From assembly GCF_963921235.1 (NCBI RefSeq), contig NC_086101.1:29946001-30010000 (forward strand): DNA of 64,000 nt. The letters are read 5' to 3'. Below are positions 1 to 12,097 of the stretch, piece by piece. The stretch comes from Mobula hypostoma. Its lineage: Eukaryota. Under the pieces are notes generated by a model. It was not told the DNA's origin and did not search any database. It saw nothing but the letters and a program-made list of their open reading frames with translations. The translations under genes and the position numbers were made by a program. Numbering within the stretch: position 1 is the first letter of the stretch; every line of letters begins with the position of its first letter.

Positions 1-526
1 CCAGAGGAAATTCAGGAGTGAATTGAAGAATGTATTAGTATTTCCACTGCTTCTGATTACTCGTGCAATTAGCTTAGCAAAATTAAAATGTTGCTATTTT
101 TTCAGAAATGTTATTGAACCAAGTTAATATGTTTTGTTATGTACACACAATATGGAGAGCAAACAAGAGGAAAAGTGGATTAAATAATGAAAGATTATGA
201 CACAGAAGTCCATCTTTTTTGCAGAAGTCAAAAGTTAGCTATCCTGTTTAATACCGATGTAATGAAAATCTGTTGTATTTCATTCGTTGCTCTTTCCTGG
301 TTGAGTAGTAATGGTTGCATGTAAAGGAAGCCCTACACATGTGTTAACTGTTACATGAAATTATTTTATTGAACATATGAAGAATAAAATATAAATAGAA
401 AAAAGAAAACACTTCATAAGATAGAGGAGCTAATAAAGTAATACCTATCAACGGAGTCAATCCATACAATGCCAGGTGGACCTGAGAAGTCCGACAGCCT
501 TTTCTACTCTTCTAGATTTTTCTCGT

Positions 527-597
527 CATTCATTCATTCATTCATTCCTTCACACACACACACACATACACACACACACAAACACACATACACACAA
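527..597. repeat. (CATT)n followed by imperfect (CA)n microsatellite
   Basis: cattcattcattcattcattcc then cacacacacacacacatacacac... Confidence 0.95.
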
Positions 598-609
598 CAA
601 GTTGTTTGG

Positions 610-908
610 AAGGAATTTGGAAGAGATGATGGTGGACAGTAATGTCTGGAGTTTCCAGGAGCAATAGGGATGTCACAGGATAGATACAGACCAAAGAAGA
701 AGTATTTTGAAGCCAGGATGATGCATACCTGGCAGACAGGAGTAGTTAAAGTTAACAGAAAATCAGAAGAGATAGCATATAATAGAGCAAAAATAATATG
801 AAACTAAAAGATTGGAAACTTTCAAAACCAATACAAGACAACTAAAATACCATAATCAGGGAAAAGATTAAATATAACGGTAGACCAGCGAGTAAGATCA
901 AAGAGGAT
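610..908 (+). mobile_element. Old CR1 LINE ORF2 fragment; host of the LTR/ERV insertion, continued at 12098-12290
   Basis: Degenerate translation QDRYRPKKK...AYNRAK...ASKIKED matches the CR1 ORF2 linker seen in other CR1 copies here. It resumes after the LTR at 12098 with KRE...GEIVLGIKEMLCELNEYF. Confidence 0.7.
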
Positions 909-1364
909 TGTTGTTGTATGAATGAAGTCACCGGAGAAAATTACGTTACGTGAATGAAGTCACCAGGGAAAATTACTGGTCGATACAAAGCAGCTTCTTT
1001 AGTCGACAAAACAAGGTACAGCAGATATCATATGAAGACGCTTGCAATGGAAAGGTCTGCTGACCCAACACCAGGCCCCATATTTTATGTGCCAAACATC
1101 AAAGGAAAACTCCATATTTACAATGTATGTACAATGCTTTCTTTTTTGAAACTACATACAACCTTAACACCTTCACACCTCCTGATTCATATCCACACCA
1201 AGGACATCCATAATGAATATTAATCAGCATTGTCTGGACTGAGACAACCCACTGATCAAAGCAGCACTCCAAATTAAATGCACAACACATTTTCAGATGT
1301 GACGACTGGTACACAAAGTCAATTGTTAAATATGTTTGTCCTAAATCCAAACATCACTCTAACA
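909..1364 (-). mobile_element. LTR at the 3' LTR position of the ERV-like provirus
   Basis: Begins TGTTGTTG and ends CTCTAACA. Direct repeat of 8367-8635+11935-12097 and of 61951-62374. Left flank is AGGAT (904-908). Confidence 0.85.
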
Positions 1365-1789
1365 AGGGTATCAAAAGTTTTGTTTTCAGTTATATCATTT
1401 CTATTCACTCCTCATTCAGATGCTGTGTGCAAACCTTTTTCAGTCTGAAATGCCATCGAAATTGTGGAACGTGCTGTCTCTGCTATAACTGAAATCCCTC
1501 CCCATCGATTTTCCCCAATATCTTTTCTGTTTTATGCTATTAGACGAATCATCTGGCTTCAGCAAACAGCCTTCATTGCAGAGTACCATTACCACCACAC
1601 TTTAGCCTGCTATACACGGGTTCTGTCATGCTCTCGGTGTCTTACTTCCTTCGCGTATCCTGCTAGTAATTTTTTGTTTAGCTGTGGTCAGGGTCTGGTG
1701 TTGCCACCTAGTGTTCATCTCTTAGGTTTTCTGTAATTACATGGTTACTGGGTGCACTTGATCCCCGATCTGTCTGTGGGAGTAACAAT

Positions 1790-2720
1790 AATGTGGGTCA
1801 CATGGTTTAACCCGAGTCCAGAGTTTCCACAGTCTTCCCAGCTGATTCTGCACACAAACACAAGTGTCACATATAAAACATACCATCTGTTGTCCTATCC
1901 ATCTGGGAGCAAATCCTGCCTTTACACGCAGTACCCCGCACTAATTCCTTTTCCTTCGGCTCTCCCTGGTCAGCAATATGCTGATGTTGTTTTGCTCAGT
2001 CCTAAGCATTTTAATTTGGATACAAAGGCCTTCCACATACTGTGTTATTCTATCCCTGTAAGTCCCAGGCTTGTCATAACTGGTTGTTACCCGATAAGGG
2101 AGTTGCATTCCTCGCCCCATCAATAATTTGTAAGGGCTGAATCCCAGCATGCAGTTTGTGGTTGCTAGTATATTAACTCACGTCTTCCCGTGTCAGCTAT
2201 AGCCTTGGGTAAGATATTCTTGATTGTTCGGTTGATCCTTTCTACATTTCCTGAACTCGGAGGGTGATAGGGAACTGTTGTCGAATCCCTAACAGTCGGC
2301 ACATTTCCTTATTCAGTTTCCCTGTATGCTCGCTGATCCGAGTCCAAGTGAACTACAGTTCCACACCTTGGGAGGCACTCCTGAAATAGAATGCGTTGGG
2401 AAAGCCTCTACCGACCTAGAGAACTGATTCAAAATTACTTGACAGTAGCTTCCCCCCCTGCATTTGGGTAGAGGCCCTGTGAAGTCCATCTGAATATTTT
2501 CCCAGTGTCCCCTTGGCTGTGGTTGTACTGCCAACTGTAGCTTTCTGTCCTTACCGGAGTTATGCTGGGCATAAATGAAACAAGGGTGGCAGAATTTTTC
2601 AACATCCTGGCCAATCCCTAGCACCATCAGTCCTGCTGGAGGGTCACGATCATGTTCTACCTCTCCTGATGCATCACCCCATGATATAACTTCAGTAGTA
2701 TCTACCTCATATATGGTGGT
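1790..2720 (-). pseudogene. Retroviral-type integrase, disrupted
   Basis: Multi-frame motifs: LYHGVMH...FCHPC (HHCC), HWENIQMDFTGPLPKC (core Asp), GFSPYKLLMGRGMQLP, and C-terminal FAPRWIG...WTRVKP. Confidence 0.85.
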
Positions 2721-2799
2721 GCCACCACTCATTTCTCCCCGTGTGTCCAGCTCCCATCTGGTCCTTCCTTCTTTCGCAATTTCTCCTTCTCTTCTGCTT

Positions 2800-3330
2800 C
2801 CCCCACTTCATGTAATTTTACTAATCTGGCTTCTGTCATTTCATTCTACACAGTTGTAATTTCAGTGGCCTCTTGTTCCTCTGCTGCTTTCTTCGCAGTA
2901 ACTCATTGCCTTTCTGCTCCTTACGCTTCCATTTGTGGTGAGCTTTTAGGTTAATTACAGCCACCTCATCTTGCTGTATCCCTAAAATACTGGCTATCGC
3001 CCCTACTTTACCTGCTTCAACTTCCGAAGCGATTAGTAATTCATTTGTATATTGTAAGTGTGTCAACAGGGACAGTGTTAGCTTGAGCTTTTCCAATGTC
3101 TGGCGCCCTACTTTATGTAAAATGGCTGGACACAGGCCATTCAGGATTGCTGCAGGGCCCGCCACTATGGGATGCAATCTCGGCATGGTCTTAAGGGTGA
3201 TTTAACCTTCTGTTAATGGATATGATCAATTGGGGTTCTTTACTGGCCGTATAGACGAGTTAGCAGTTGCCACAGTCTCTCTGAGAATCCAGGTGTTTTA
3301 GTTCCTTCACTTTACCCTACAGGGCAGTCA
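2800..3330 (-). pseudogene. Internally deleted reverse transcriptase / RNase H remnant
   Basis: NSSIRPVKNPN*SYPL (RT N-terminus), PRLHPIVAGPAAILN, LQYTNELLIAS (decayed YxDD), then EVAVINLKAH...EQKGNE (RNase H C-terminus) in ORF 2836-3186. Confidence 0.75.
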
Positions 3331-3559
3331 GTGCGTCAGTTTTTATAGGGGTCTACTTATGTGGTTTATACAGACACCACTCTAACTGGATTTATCTTTA
3401 CTTGACTACAATCCTGCTTGCATCTACCCTACACTACCAGGAACTGTTCTCTCCAGTCTCTAATGATCGAGGCAGCTGCGACTATGCTTGCCCGTTTGTG
3501 TATTCTGTTGGTTGTACATGTTCTCTACCCCTGATTTGTCCATATCATTTCACCCTTCC

Positions 3560-3800
3560 CCAATCTATAATGGTCCCTGCTTCCCATCGGATGCCTATGC
3601 CAAGGATAGGGCCTACATTATTTGGACAGACCCAGAAATACACTGGAAACCGCACCCTGCCGATTTTAAGTATTTGCGACTCGCTTCATTCTGCTCTCAC
3701 TCCTACACCCCTAATATAAGTAGCCTGTTCGGTTGCTGGCAAGACTAGGTCAGTTATCGATACCGATGCCTCTGTGTCCACTAACACATTACATTGACGG
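3560..3800 (-). pseudogene. Retroviral aspartic protease remnant
   Basis: CNVLVDTEASVSIT (DTG active site changed to DTE), TYIRGVG, VYFWVCPNNVGPILGI. Confidence 0.75.
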
Positions 3801-3949
3801 CCCCCTAACAACGCTGTTGTGTACATCCGCGGGTCACCAGAGCTGGCAGTGGAGACGCTGCCATATCCTTTTCAGACCTAGGAGCTGTCTTTACTCGCTC
3901 TATGAACACGTCACTGGTCGGATTGGTCAGTCTGGGCACCCAAGTGGTG

Positions 3950-4682
3950 AGACATTGCGTGGCTGCTGTGACGTTCACCTGTTTTCCTCTCCTCCTTTTT
4001 GGATACTGCCTGGAACCATGCCCCAAAAGGCCGCACCGTCAGCATTTCAACTCCTTTATCCTCCTACGTCTGTTCCAGTATTTCTTTGTTTCGTGCATTG
4101 GTTGCCGGCAAACAAAACGAGGGATTCTCGGGTTCTGGGTCATCAAAGCAACGGCATCCACTTTAGCCAGTTTACACGATTTCTCTTGCACTTTCTTTGG
4201 TCTGCTTCACTGGCCAACGAAACTATCGCAGAGTCGGACGACCCCACTGTTATTGCTAAATCTAAAAGTTCCCGGTGGTCTCAGCTCAGGCCATCCTTCA
4301 TTATTTTCAGAAAGAATTAGTCGACCCTCCCTGGATTACCCAACCCAGAATACTCCTCACACACTCAATATTTATGTTCTGCATAATCTATGGCTCTCTC
4401 TTCACCTTTTTGAATCACTGCCATTATCGTTCCCCAGTTACTCTCACCTCCCTCAAAACGCTACCACACTTCCCTTTAAAAAAGCGGTATCTTTCTGCAT
4501 TGCTGGCATTTGCGGTACTTGCCCATGTACCATCCCACACCCCCTGGGCCACCCTGTCCCACATATTCCTCGGGCACCTCGCTTTTACCAACACGTGCAT
4601 ATACCTCCACGGTGCCTAGGGGCGACTCGAGTAGCAGCAGTACTCTCAATGGATACAATTAAATATTCTCATTTCAGCCTGA
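3950..4682 (-). pseudogene. gag (capsid/nucleocapsid) remnant, 3' part
   Basis: MHR-like NWGTIMAVIQKGEERAIDYAE and a single zinc knuckle C*RCGLLGHGSRQYP (CYSCGLL*YGWRQCP in the duplicate); several stops. Confidence 0.75.
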
Positions 4683-7635
4683 TACAGTACAGCTAAAAAG
4701 TACACTGCTTCCAAAGTCAGATCAGTCAATAAAGATCTCTTAATGCGTTTAACGAGCTATCGCTGATTAAAACTGACAGAAACACCACTGATTCCATGGA
4801 GGAAGCATGGTTGTAGATCGGGGTTATAAGTGTATTAAAGAAAACGAAGTTCTAAGTCCCTAATGCCGTCTATATTGCTGGCAAACGTGAAGTCTCTGGT
4901 GAATAAAATCGATGATCTCAGAGCTTGGGTGCTGAATCCGAGGGTCATTAGGACCGCGTTTGTCCTTTTTTTTCACGGAATGTTGGTTAACCCCTTCTGT
5001 ACTGAATGCAGCAATTCAGATTGACAGGTTTACTATACACCGTTAGGATAGATCTTGAGAGTCTCTCCAAAGCAGGGGTGGAAGGGTATGCCTCATGATC
5101 AGCTCTTCTTGGTTCAGTAATATATCAGTGCCGTCCCAGTTCTGCTCACCAGACCTGGAATATCTAGCAATTAAGTGCCATCCTTTCTACCTACCACAGG
5201 AGTTCTCCGGGGTTACTTTGTGAGCAAAGTTACCGCAGGCTATTGTCAATCAGGATTTGGATGATCTGATGAAAGGGATCACATGCATGAAACAACACAC
5301 CTTAACGCCGTCACCATTGTTTTGGGACATTTTAACCAGGTCAGTATGAAAATAATTACTGAGCAATTATCATCAACAGATCCCTTGTAATACTAGAGGA
5401 AACAACACACTGGACCATTGATACACCACCGTAAAGAATGCTTACAGTGCTATTCCACGCCCTCACTTTGGGAAATTGGATCAACTGGCTGTATTTCTAC
5501 TCCCTGAGTATAGACAGAGACTGAAAACTGCAGCACCAATAGTGGGGACCAAGAAAATACGGACAAGGAAAGCACAGGAGCGCCTACAGGACTGTTTTCA
5601 ATCGGTGGACTGGACTGTATTCAAGGGATTCATCTTCGAACATGGATGAGCATGCTGCAGTTGTTACTGACTTCATTAAACCTGTGTGGATGAGAATGGG
5701 TCTACAAAGACTTACTGTACATCCCCAAACCAAAAGCCGTGGATGAACCAGGGGCTCTATTATTCCCACAATAGCTGAAGGCTAGCGACCCAGGTATGAT
5801 TTGCGGAGGGCTATTTCCAGGATGAAGAGACAATTTTGAATGAGGATGGAGGGGGATATCGGATGCACACAACTCTGGCAGGGTTAACAAGACATTACTT
5901 CCTACAAATCGAAACGCATTAGCATGAATGGCAGCAATGCTTCATGACCAGATGAACTCAACACCTCCTATACCAGCTATGAAAGAGAGAATACAACTAC
6001 AGCTGTGAAGATCCTTGCTGCACCTGATGACCCTGTGAACTCAATCTCAGAAGCCGACGTTAGGCCGTCTTTAAAAATAGTGAACCCTTGCAAGGCGGAA
6101 TGTCCTGATGCAGTACCTGGTAAAGCTATAATAACCTGTGCCAAACAGTTGGTGGAGTATTCAAAGAGATTTTCAGCCTCTCACTGCTACGGGCGGAAGT
6201 TCCCGCTTGCTTCAAAAAGGCAACAATTATACAGGTTCCTAAGAAGAATAATGTGAGATGCCTTAATGACTATTTGCCCGGTAGCACTCACATATACAGC
6301 GATTAAATTCTTTGAGAGGTTGGTCATGACTCAGCTGAAATCCCGTCTCAGCAAGCACCGGGACCCATTGCAATTTACCTATCGCCACAATAGGTTAATG
6401 ACAGATGCAATCTCAATGGCTCTCCACATGGCTTTAGACAACGCAAATACCTATGTCAGGATGATGTTCATCAACTATAGCTCAGCATTTAATACCAATA
6501 TTCCCACAATTGTGATTGAGAAATTTCAGAACCTGGGCCTCTGTACTTCCCTCTGCAATTGGATCCTCGACTTCCCAACCAGAAGGCCACAATCTATGTG
6601 TGGTGGGGATAACATTTCCTCCTCGCTGACGATCAAGCATCTCAGGTGTGTGGGCTTGGACCATTGCTTTAGTCTCTATATATCCATGACTGTGTGGCTA
6701 GGCATAGCTCAAATAACATCTATAAATTTGCTGATATTACAACCATTGTTAGTAGAATCTCAGGTGGTGACAAGAGGGCGTATAGGAGTGAGATATGCCA
6801 ACTAGTGGAGTGGTGCTGCAGCAACAACTCAGCACTCAACGTCAGAAAGACAAAAGAGCTGATTGTGGACATCAGGAAGGGTAAGACAAAGGACCATATA
6901 CCAATTCTCATAGAGGGATCAGAAGTAGAGAGAGTGAGCAGTTTCAAGTTCCTGGGTGTCAAGATCTCTGAGGATCTAACCTGAATGCAGCATATCAATG
7001 CAGTTATAACGAAGGCAAGACAGCGGCTATAGTTCATTAGGAGTTTGAAACGATTTGATATGTCAATAAATACCATGAAATGCTTCTATAGTTGTACCGT
7101 GGAGAGCATTCTGACAGGCTGCATCACTGTCTGGTATGGAGGGGCTTATGCACAGGACCGAAAGAAGCTGCAGAAGGTTGTAAATCTAGTCAGCTCCACC
7201 TTGGGTAATAGCTTACCAAGTACCCAGGACATCTTCAGGAAGCGGTGTCTCAGAAAGGCAACATCCATTATTAAATACCTCCAGAGACGAGGACATGCCC
7301 TTTCTCACTGTTACCATCAGGTAGGAGGTACAGAAGCCTGAAAGCACACACTCAGCGATTCAAGAACAGCTTCTTCCCCTCTGCCATCATATTCCTAAAT
7401 GGACATTGAACCCTTGGATACTACCTCACTTTTTAAATATATAGTATCTCTGTTTTTGCACGATTTTAATCTATTCAATATACGTATACTGTAATTTATT
7501 TGCTTATTTATTTACTTTTAGTATTATTATTTTATTTTGTGTTTTTTTTCTTCTATATTATGTATTGCATTGAACTGCTGCTGCTCAGTTAACAAATTTC
7601 ACGTCACGTGCCATTGATACCAGACTTGATTCTGA
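4683..7635 (+). mobile_element. Rex1/Babar-type LINE, degenerate, inserted into ERV gag
   Basis: Endonuclease start (ILLANVKSLVNKIDDL), RT motifs (ALTYTAIKFFERLV, DPLQFTYRHNR, YVRMMFINYSSAFNT, YKFADITTIV), C-terminal HTQRFKNSFFPSAI and a gattctgat tail. Confidence 0.85.
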
Positions 7636-8346
7636 TATCTTTTGGAGTGCATCAGGTGAATTTCAACCATTTCCTCGAGCCTGCGCCAGTATTCTAATTT
7701 TTCACATGCGATTTTAATGAGGGCAACTGTGACAAAAATTTTGTTTCTCTCCGGGGATGAACGGTTAATGAATGATCGTAATCAAGGTCAAGGACTGGCT
7801 CGGATCATCAGGGCTCTCAAGCTGACGTTGCTTGATTTCTATAGGTGCCTTCCTGACTAATATTTCTGGGTAAAACCTCCCCCTGAAATATCTCCACACT
7901 AAGCAAAACATAAAAGGCGGGTACCAGTTAAGCAGCACGTCCTTAAAACCGCAAAGTATATACTCTGTGATCTGCCGCTTTTGAGCACCTGATCTCATAA
8001 TGTCTACTGTATTCCTTTGCATCACACTCGCAAAACGTGTATTCCAAAATGCAGCTCCTTGAACGAGTACACACCCTCCCACTCTAGCATCCCGAACCGT
8101 CGGTAAACACCCTTCGCAACTGGCAGCTCCATCTCACCAAATTAACACGTGAAGTTTCCTCTATATGTAAGATGGTGAACACACATTCACGCGCATACAG
8201 CACATTTACATCTACCACTTCAGCTCCCCGTGTTCGTGGTAGCCCGTGTTCCTGTGCACCACCGATCCACGTGTGAGTGCTAATTTAAGAAAAAATCACC
8301 CACTTCGACTGCTAAGATCACTGACTACACGATGGGTCACCAAGGT
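7636..8346 (-). mobile_element. ERV leader and 5' part of gag
   Basis: Lies between the Rex insertion and the PBS. Shared with 61206-61930, with a conserved peptide RQLESPDDPSQSLTL / RQLENPNDPSQSLTL. Confidence 0.6.
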
Positions 8347-8364
8347 ATCCCACTCCTGATTTGA
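8347..8364 (-). other. Primer binding site, tRNA-Leu type (degenerate copy)
   Basis: + strand ATCCCACTCCTGATTTGA, 2 nt from the LTR end. The first 13 nt match the vertebrate tRNA-Leu(CAG) 3' end ATCCCACTCCTGACACCA (recalled sequence). Confidence 0.7.
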
Positions 8365-8366
8365 AA

Positions 8367-11300
8367 TGTTGTTGGGTGAATGAAGTCACCGGATGAATTA
8401 CTAACAAAAAATACAAAGCAGCTTCTTTAATTAACAAAACAAGGTACAGCAGGCATCACATGGAGACGTTTTTGGCGGAAAGGTCAGCTGGTCCAACAAG
8501 GGGTATATTTTATGCACCAAACGTCAAAGGACAACTCCATATGTACAATGCATGGACAATGCTTTCTTTTGTGAACCTACATTCAAACTTCATAGCTCCT
8601 GATTCACATCGTCACTACAGACATCCAAATAAATTATAGACCATAAGACCATAAGACAAAGGAACAGAAGTCGGCCATTCGGCCCATCGAGTCTGCTCCG
8701 CAATTTTATCATGAGCTGATCCATTCTCCCATTTAGTCCCACTCCCCCGCCTTCTCGCCATAACTTTTGATGTCTTGGCTACTCAGATACCTATCAATCT
8801 CTGCCTTAAATACACCCAATGACTTGGCTTCCACTGCTGCCAGTGGCAACAAATTCCATAGATTCACCACCCTCTGACTAAAAAAATTTCTTCGCATTTC
8901 TGTTCTGAATGGGCGCCCTTCAATCCTTAAGGCATGCCCTCTCGTATTAGACTCCCCCATCACGGGAAACAACTTTACCACATCCATTCTGTCCATGCCT
9001 TTCAACATTCGAAATGTTTCTATAAGGTCTCCCCTCATTCTTCGAAACTCCAAGGAATACAGTCCAAAAGTGGACAAACGTTCCTCATATGTTAACCCTC
9101 TTATTCCCGGAATCATTCTAGTGAATCTTGTCTGTACCCTCTCCAAGGTCAGCACATCCTTTCTTAAATAAGGACACCAAAACTGCCCACAGTACTCCAA
9201 GTGAGGTCTCACCAGCGCCTTATAGAGCCTCAACATCACATCCCTGCTCCTACACTCTATTCTTCTAGAAATGAATGCTAACATTGCATTCACCTTCTTC
9301 ACTACCGACTCAGCCTGGAGGTTAACCTTAAGGGTATCCTGTACGAGGACTCCCAAGTCCCGTTGCATCTCAGAACTTTGAATTCTCTCCCCATTTAAAT
9401 AATAGTCTGCCCGTTTATTACTTCTCCCAAAGTGCATAACCATACACTTTCTAACATTGTAATTCATTTGCCACTTCTTTGCCCATTCTTCCAATATATC
9501 CAAGTCTCTCTGCAGACTCTCCGTTTCCATGGCACTACCGGCCCCTCCACCTATCTTCGTATCGTCAGCAAACTTAGCCACAAAGCCATCTGTTCCATAA
9601 TCCAAATCGTTGATTTACAATGTAAAAAGAAGCGGCCCCAATACGGACCCCTGTGGAAAACCACTGGTAACCGGCAGCCAACCAGAATAGGATCCCTTTA
9701 TCCCCACTCTCTGTTTCCTACCAATCAGCCAGCGCTCTATCCACGTATGTAACTTTCCTGTAATTCCATGGGCTCTTATCATGTTAAGTAGCCTCATGTG
9801 TGGCACCTTGTCAAAGGCCTTCTGAAAATCCAAATATACAACATCTACCGCATCTCCCTTGTCTAGCCTACTGGTAATTTCCTGAAAAAACTGTAATAGG
9901 TTTGTCAGGCAGGATTTTCCTTCAAGGAATCCATGCCGGGTTCTGCCTATCTTGTCATATGGCTCCAGGTACTCTGTAACCTCATCCTTGACAATCGACT
10001 CCAACAACTTCCCAACCACCGTTGTCAAGCTAACAGGTCTATAATTTCCTTTTTGCCTCCTTGCCCCCTTCTTAAACAGCGGAGTGACACTTGCAATCTT
10101 CCATTCCTCCCGAATAATGCCAGAATCTATCGACTTTTGAAAGATCATCGCTAATGCCTCTGCAATCTCCACAGCTGCTTCCTTCAGAACACGTGGGTGC
10201 ATTCCATCTAGTCCGGGAGATGTATCAACCTTTAGACTATTCCCCTTCCTGAGTACTTTCTCTGTCGTAATTGTGACTGCGCACACTTGTCTTTCCTGCT
10301 ACCCTTGAGTGACCGGTATACTGCTGATGTCTTCCTCAGTGAAGACTGATGCAAAATATTCCTTCAGTTCCTCTGCCATCTCCTTATCTCACATTACAAT
10401 TTCTCCAACATCATTTTATATCGGTCCTATATCTACTCTCACCTGTCTCTTACTCTTTATATACTTGAAAAAGCTTTTAGTATCCTTTTTGATGTTATTT
10501 GCTACCTTCCTTTCACAGTTAATATTTTCCCTCTTAATGACCTTCTTAGTTTCCTTTTGTAAGGTTTTAAAAACTTCCCAATCCTCTGTCTTCCCACTAA
10601 TTTTTCCTTCCTTGTATGCCCTCTCCTTTGCTTTAACTTTGGCTTGACTTCTCTTGTAAACCACGGTTGCATCCTTTTTCCATTCGAAAATTTCTTCTAT
10701 TTTGGAATATACCTGTCTTGCACCTTCCCCATTTCTTGCATAAACTCCAGCCACTGCCGCTCTGCCGTCTTTCCCGCTAGTGTCCCTTTCCAGTCAACTT
10801 TGGCCAGTTCCTCTCTCATTCCACTGTAATCTCCGTTACTCCACTTAAATACCGACACATCAGATTTCGGCTTCTCTTTTTGAGATTTCACAGTGAACTC
10901 ATTCATGTTATGATCACTGCCTCCTAAAGTTTCCTTCACCTCAGTCTCTCTAATCACCTCCGGTTCATTACACAATACCCAGTCCAGTACAGCCGATCCC
11001 CTAGTGGGCTCAACAACAAGCTGTTCTAACAAGCCATCTCGCAGACATTCTATAAATTCTCTCTCTTGAGATCCAGTACCGACCTGATTTTCCCAATCCA
11101 CTCGTATGTTAAAATCCCCCACAATTATAATAACACTGCCCTTCTGACAAGCCTTTTCTATTTCCAGTTGTAATTTGTATTCCACAATCCTGCAGCTGTT
11201 TGGAGGCGTATAAATAACTGCCATCAGGGTCCTTTTACCCCTGCAATTTCTTAGCTCAACCCATAAAGATTCTGCACCTTCCGATCCTATGTCACCTCTT

Positions 11301-12097
11301 TCTAATGATTTAATATCATTTCTTACCAATAAAGCCACGCCTCCCCCTCTGCCTACCTTCCTATCCTTCCGATACGTGTGTCCTTGGATGTTCAGCTCCC
11401 AGAGACGTGCAGCCTTTAGCCACGTCTCAGTGATGGCCACAATATCATACCTGCCAATCTGTAGCTGTACGACAAGATCATCCACCTTATTCCTTATGCT
11501 GTGTGCATTTCAGTATAACACCTTAGGACAACTAATTGGTACTTTTTGCTGTGATTTCACTGCAACTTTATTGCACTGCAACTCATCTCAATGGCTGCAA
11601 AATTGCCCCATCACCTGCCTGTCTTTCCTGACATCTTACTGCTCACTATCTTAGATTTATTTCTGTCTTCCTCTTCCTCCGCTCTGTCACTCCGGTTCCC
11701 ATCCCCCTGCCAAATCAGTTTAAAACCTCCCTAACAGCTCTATTAAACTTTCCCGCCAGGATATTGGTCCCCTTCGGGTTCAGGTGTAATCTGTACTTTT
11801 TGAAAAGGTCATACTTCCCCCAGAAGAGATCCTAATTATCCAAGAATCTGAAGCCCTGCCCCCTGCACCAGTCTCTCAAGCCACGCAATCATCTGCCTGA
11901 TCCTACTATTCTTGCCCTCACTAGCACGTGGCACAACATTTAATCAAAATTTTCTGGACTGGGATTCGCAGCTTTTCAGAACCATCGTTCAGAGCTGCGC
12001 TCCAAGTTAAATGCACACCACATTTTCAGATGTGAAGACTGGTAGACAAAGTCAATTGTTAAATGGGTATGTACTAAACCCAAAAATCACTCTAACA
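8367..12097 (-). mobile_element. 5' LTR of the provirus, split by a CR1 (LTR parts 8367-8635 and 11935-12097)
   Basis: Homologous to 909-1364. Ends CTCTAACA followed by AGGAT (12098-12102), the TSD partner of 904-908. Confidence 0.85.
8636..11934 (-). mobile_element. CR1 LINE, near-complete ORF2 plus 3' part of ORF1, inserted in the LTR
   Basis: (ATAAGACC)n tail at about 8636-8658. ORFs 8733-9605, 9615-10286, 10416-10754 and 10697-11485 carry FADD, YLDFQKAFDKVPH, ITETWL and IVGDFN. Absent from the duplicate LTR at 61951-62374. Confidence 0.95.

Noticed and set aside
1398-1413. Pyrimidine-rich tract initially taken as the PPT, with the LTR ending at 1397
   Set aside because: The AGGAT TSD and the CR1 homology of 1365-1397 place the LTR end at 1364.
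3733-4696. Long + strand ORFs (195, 264 and 114 aa) and the matching 57462-58396 ORFs
   Set aside because: They are antisense to the ERV gag/pro region, have no recognisable domain, and are not kept as the same open frame between the duplicate copies.
8325-8345. TGGTGACCC on the - strand as a tRNA-Trp PBS
   Set aside because: About 24 nt from the LTR with only a 9-nt match; the tRNA-Leu match 2 nt from the LTR is much better.
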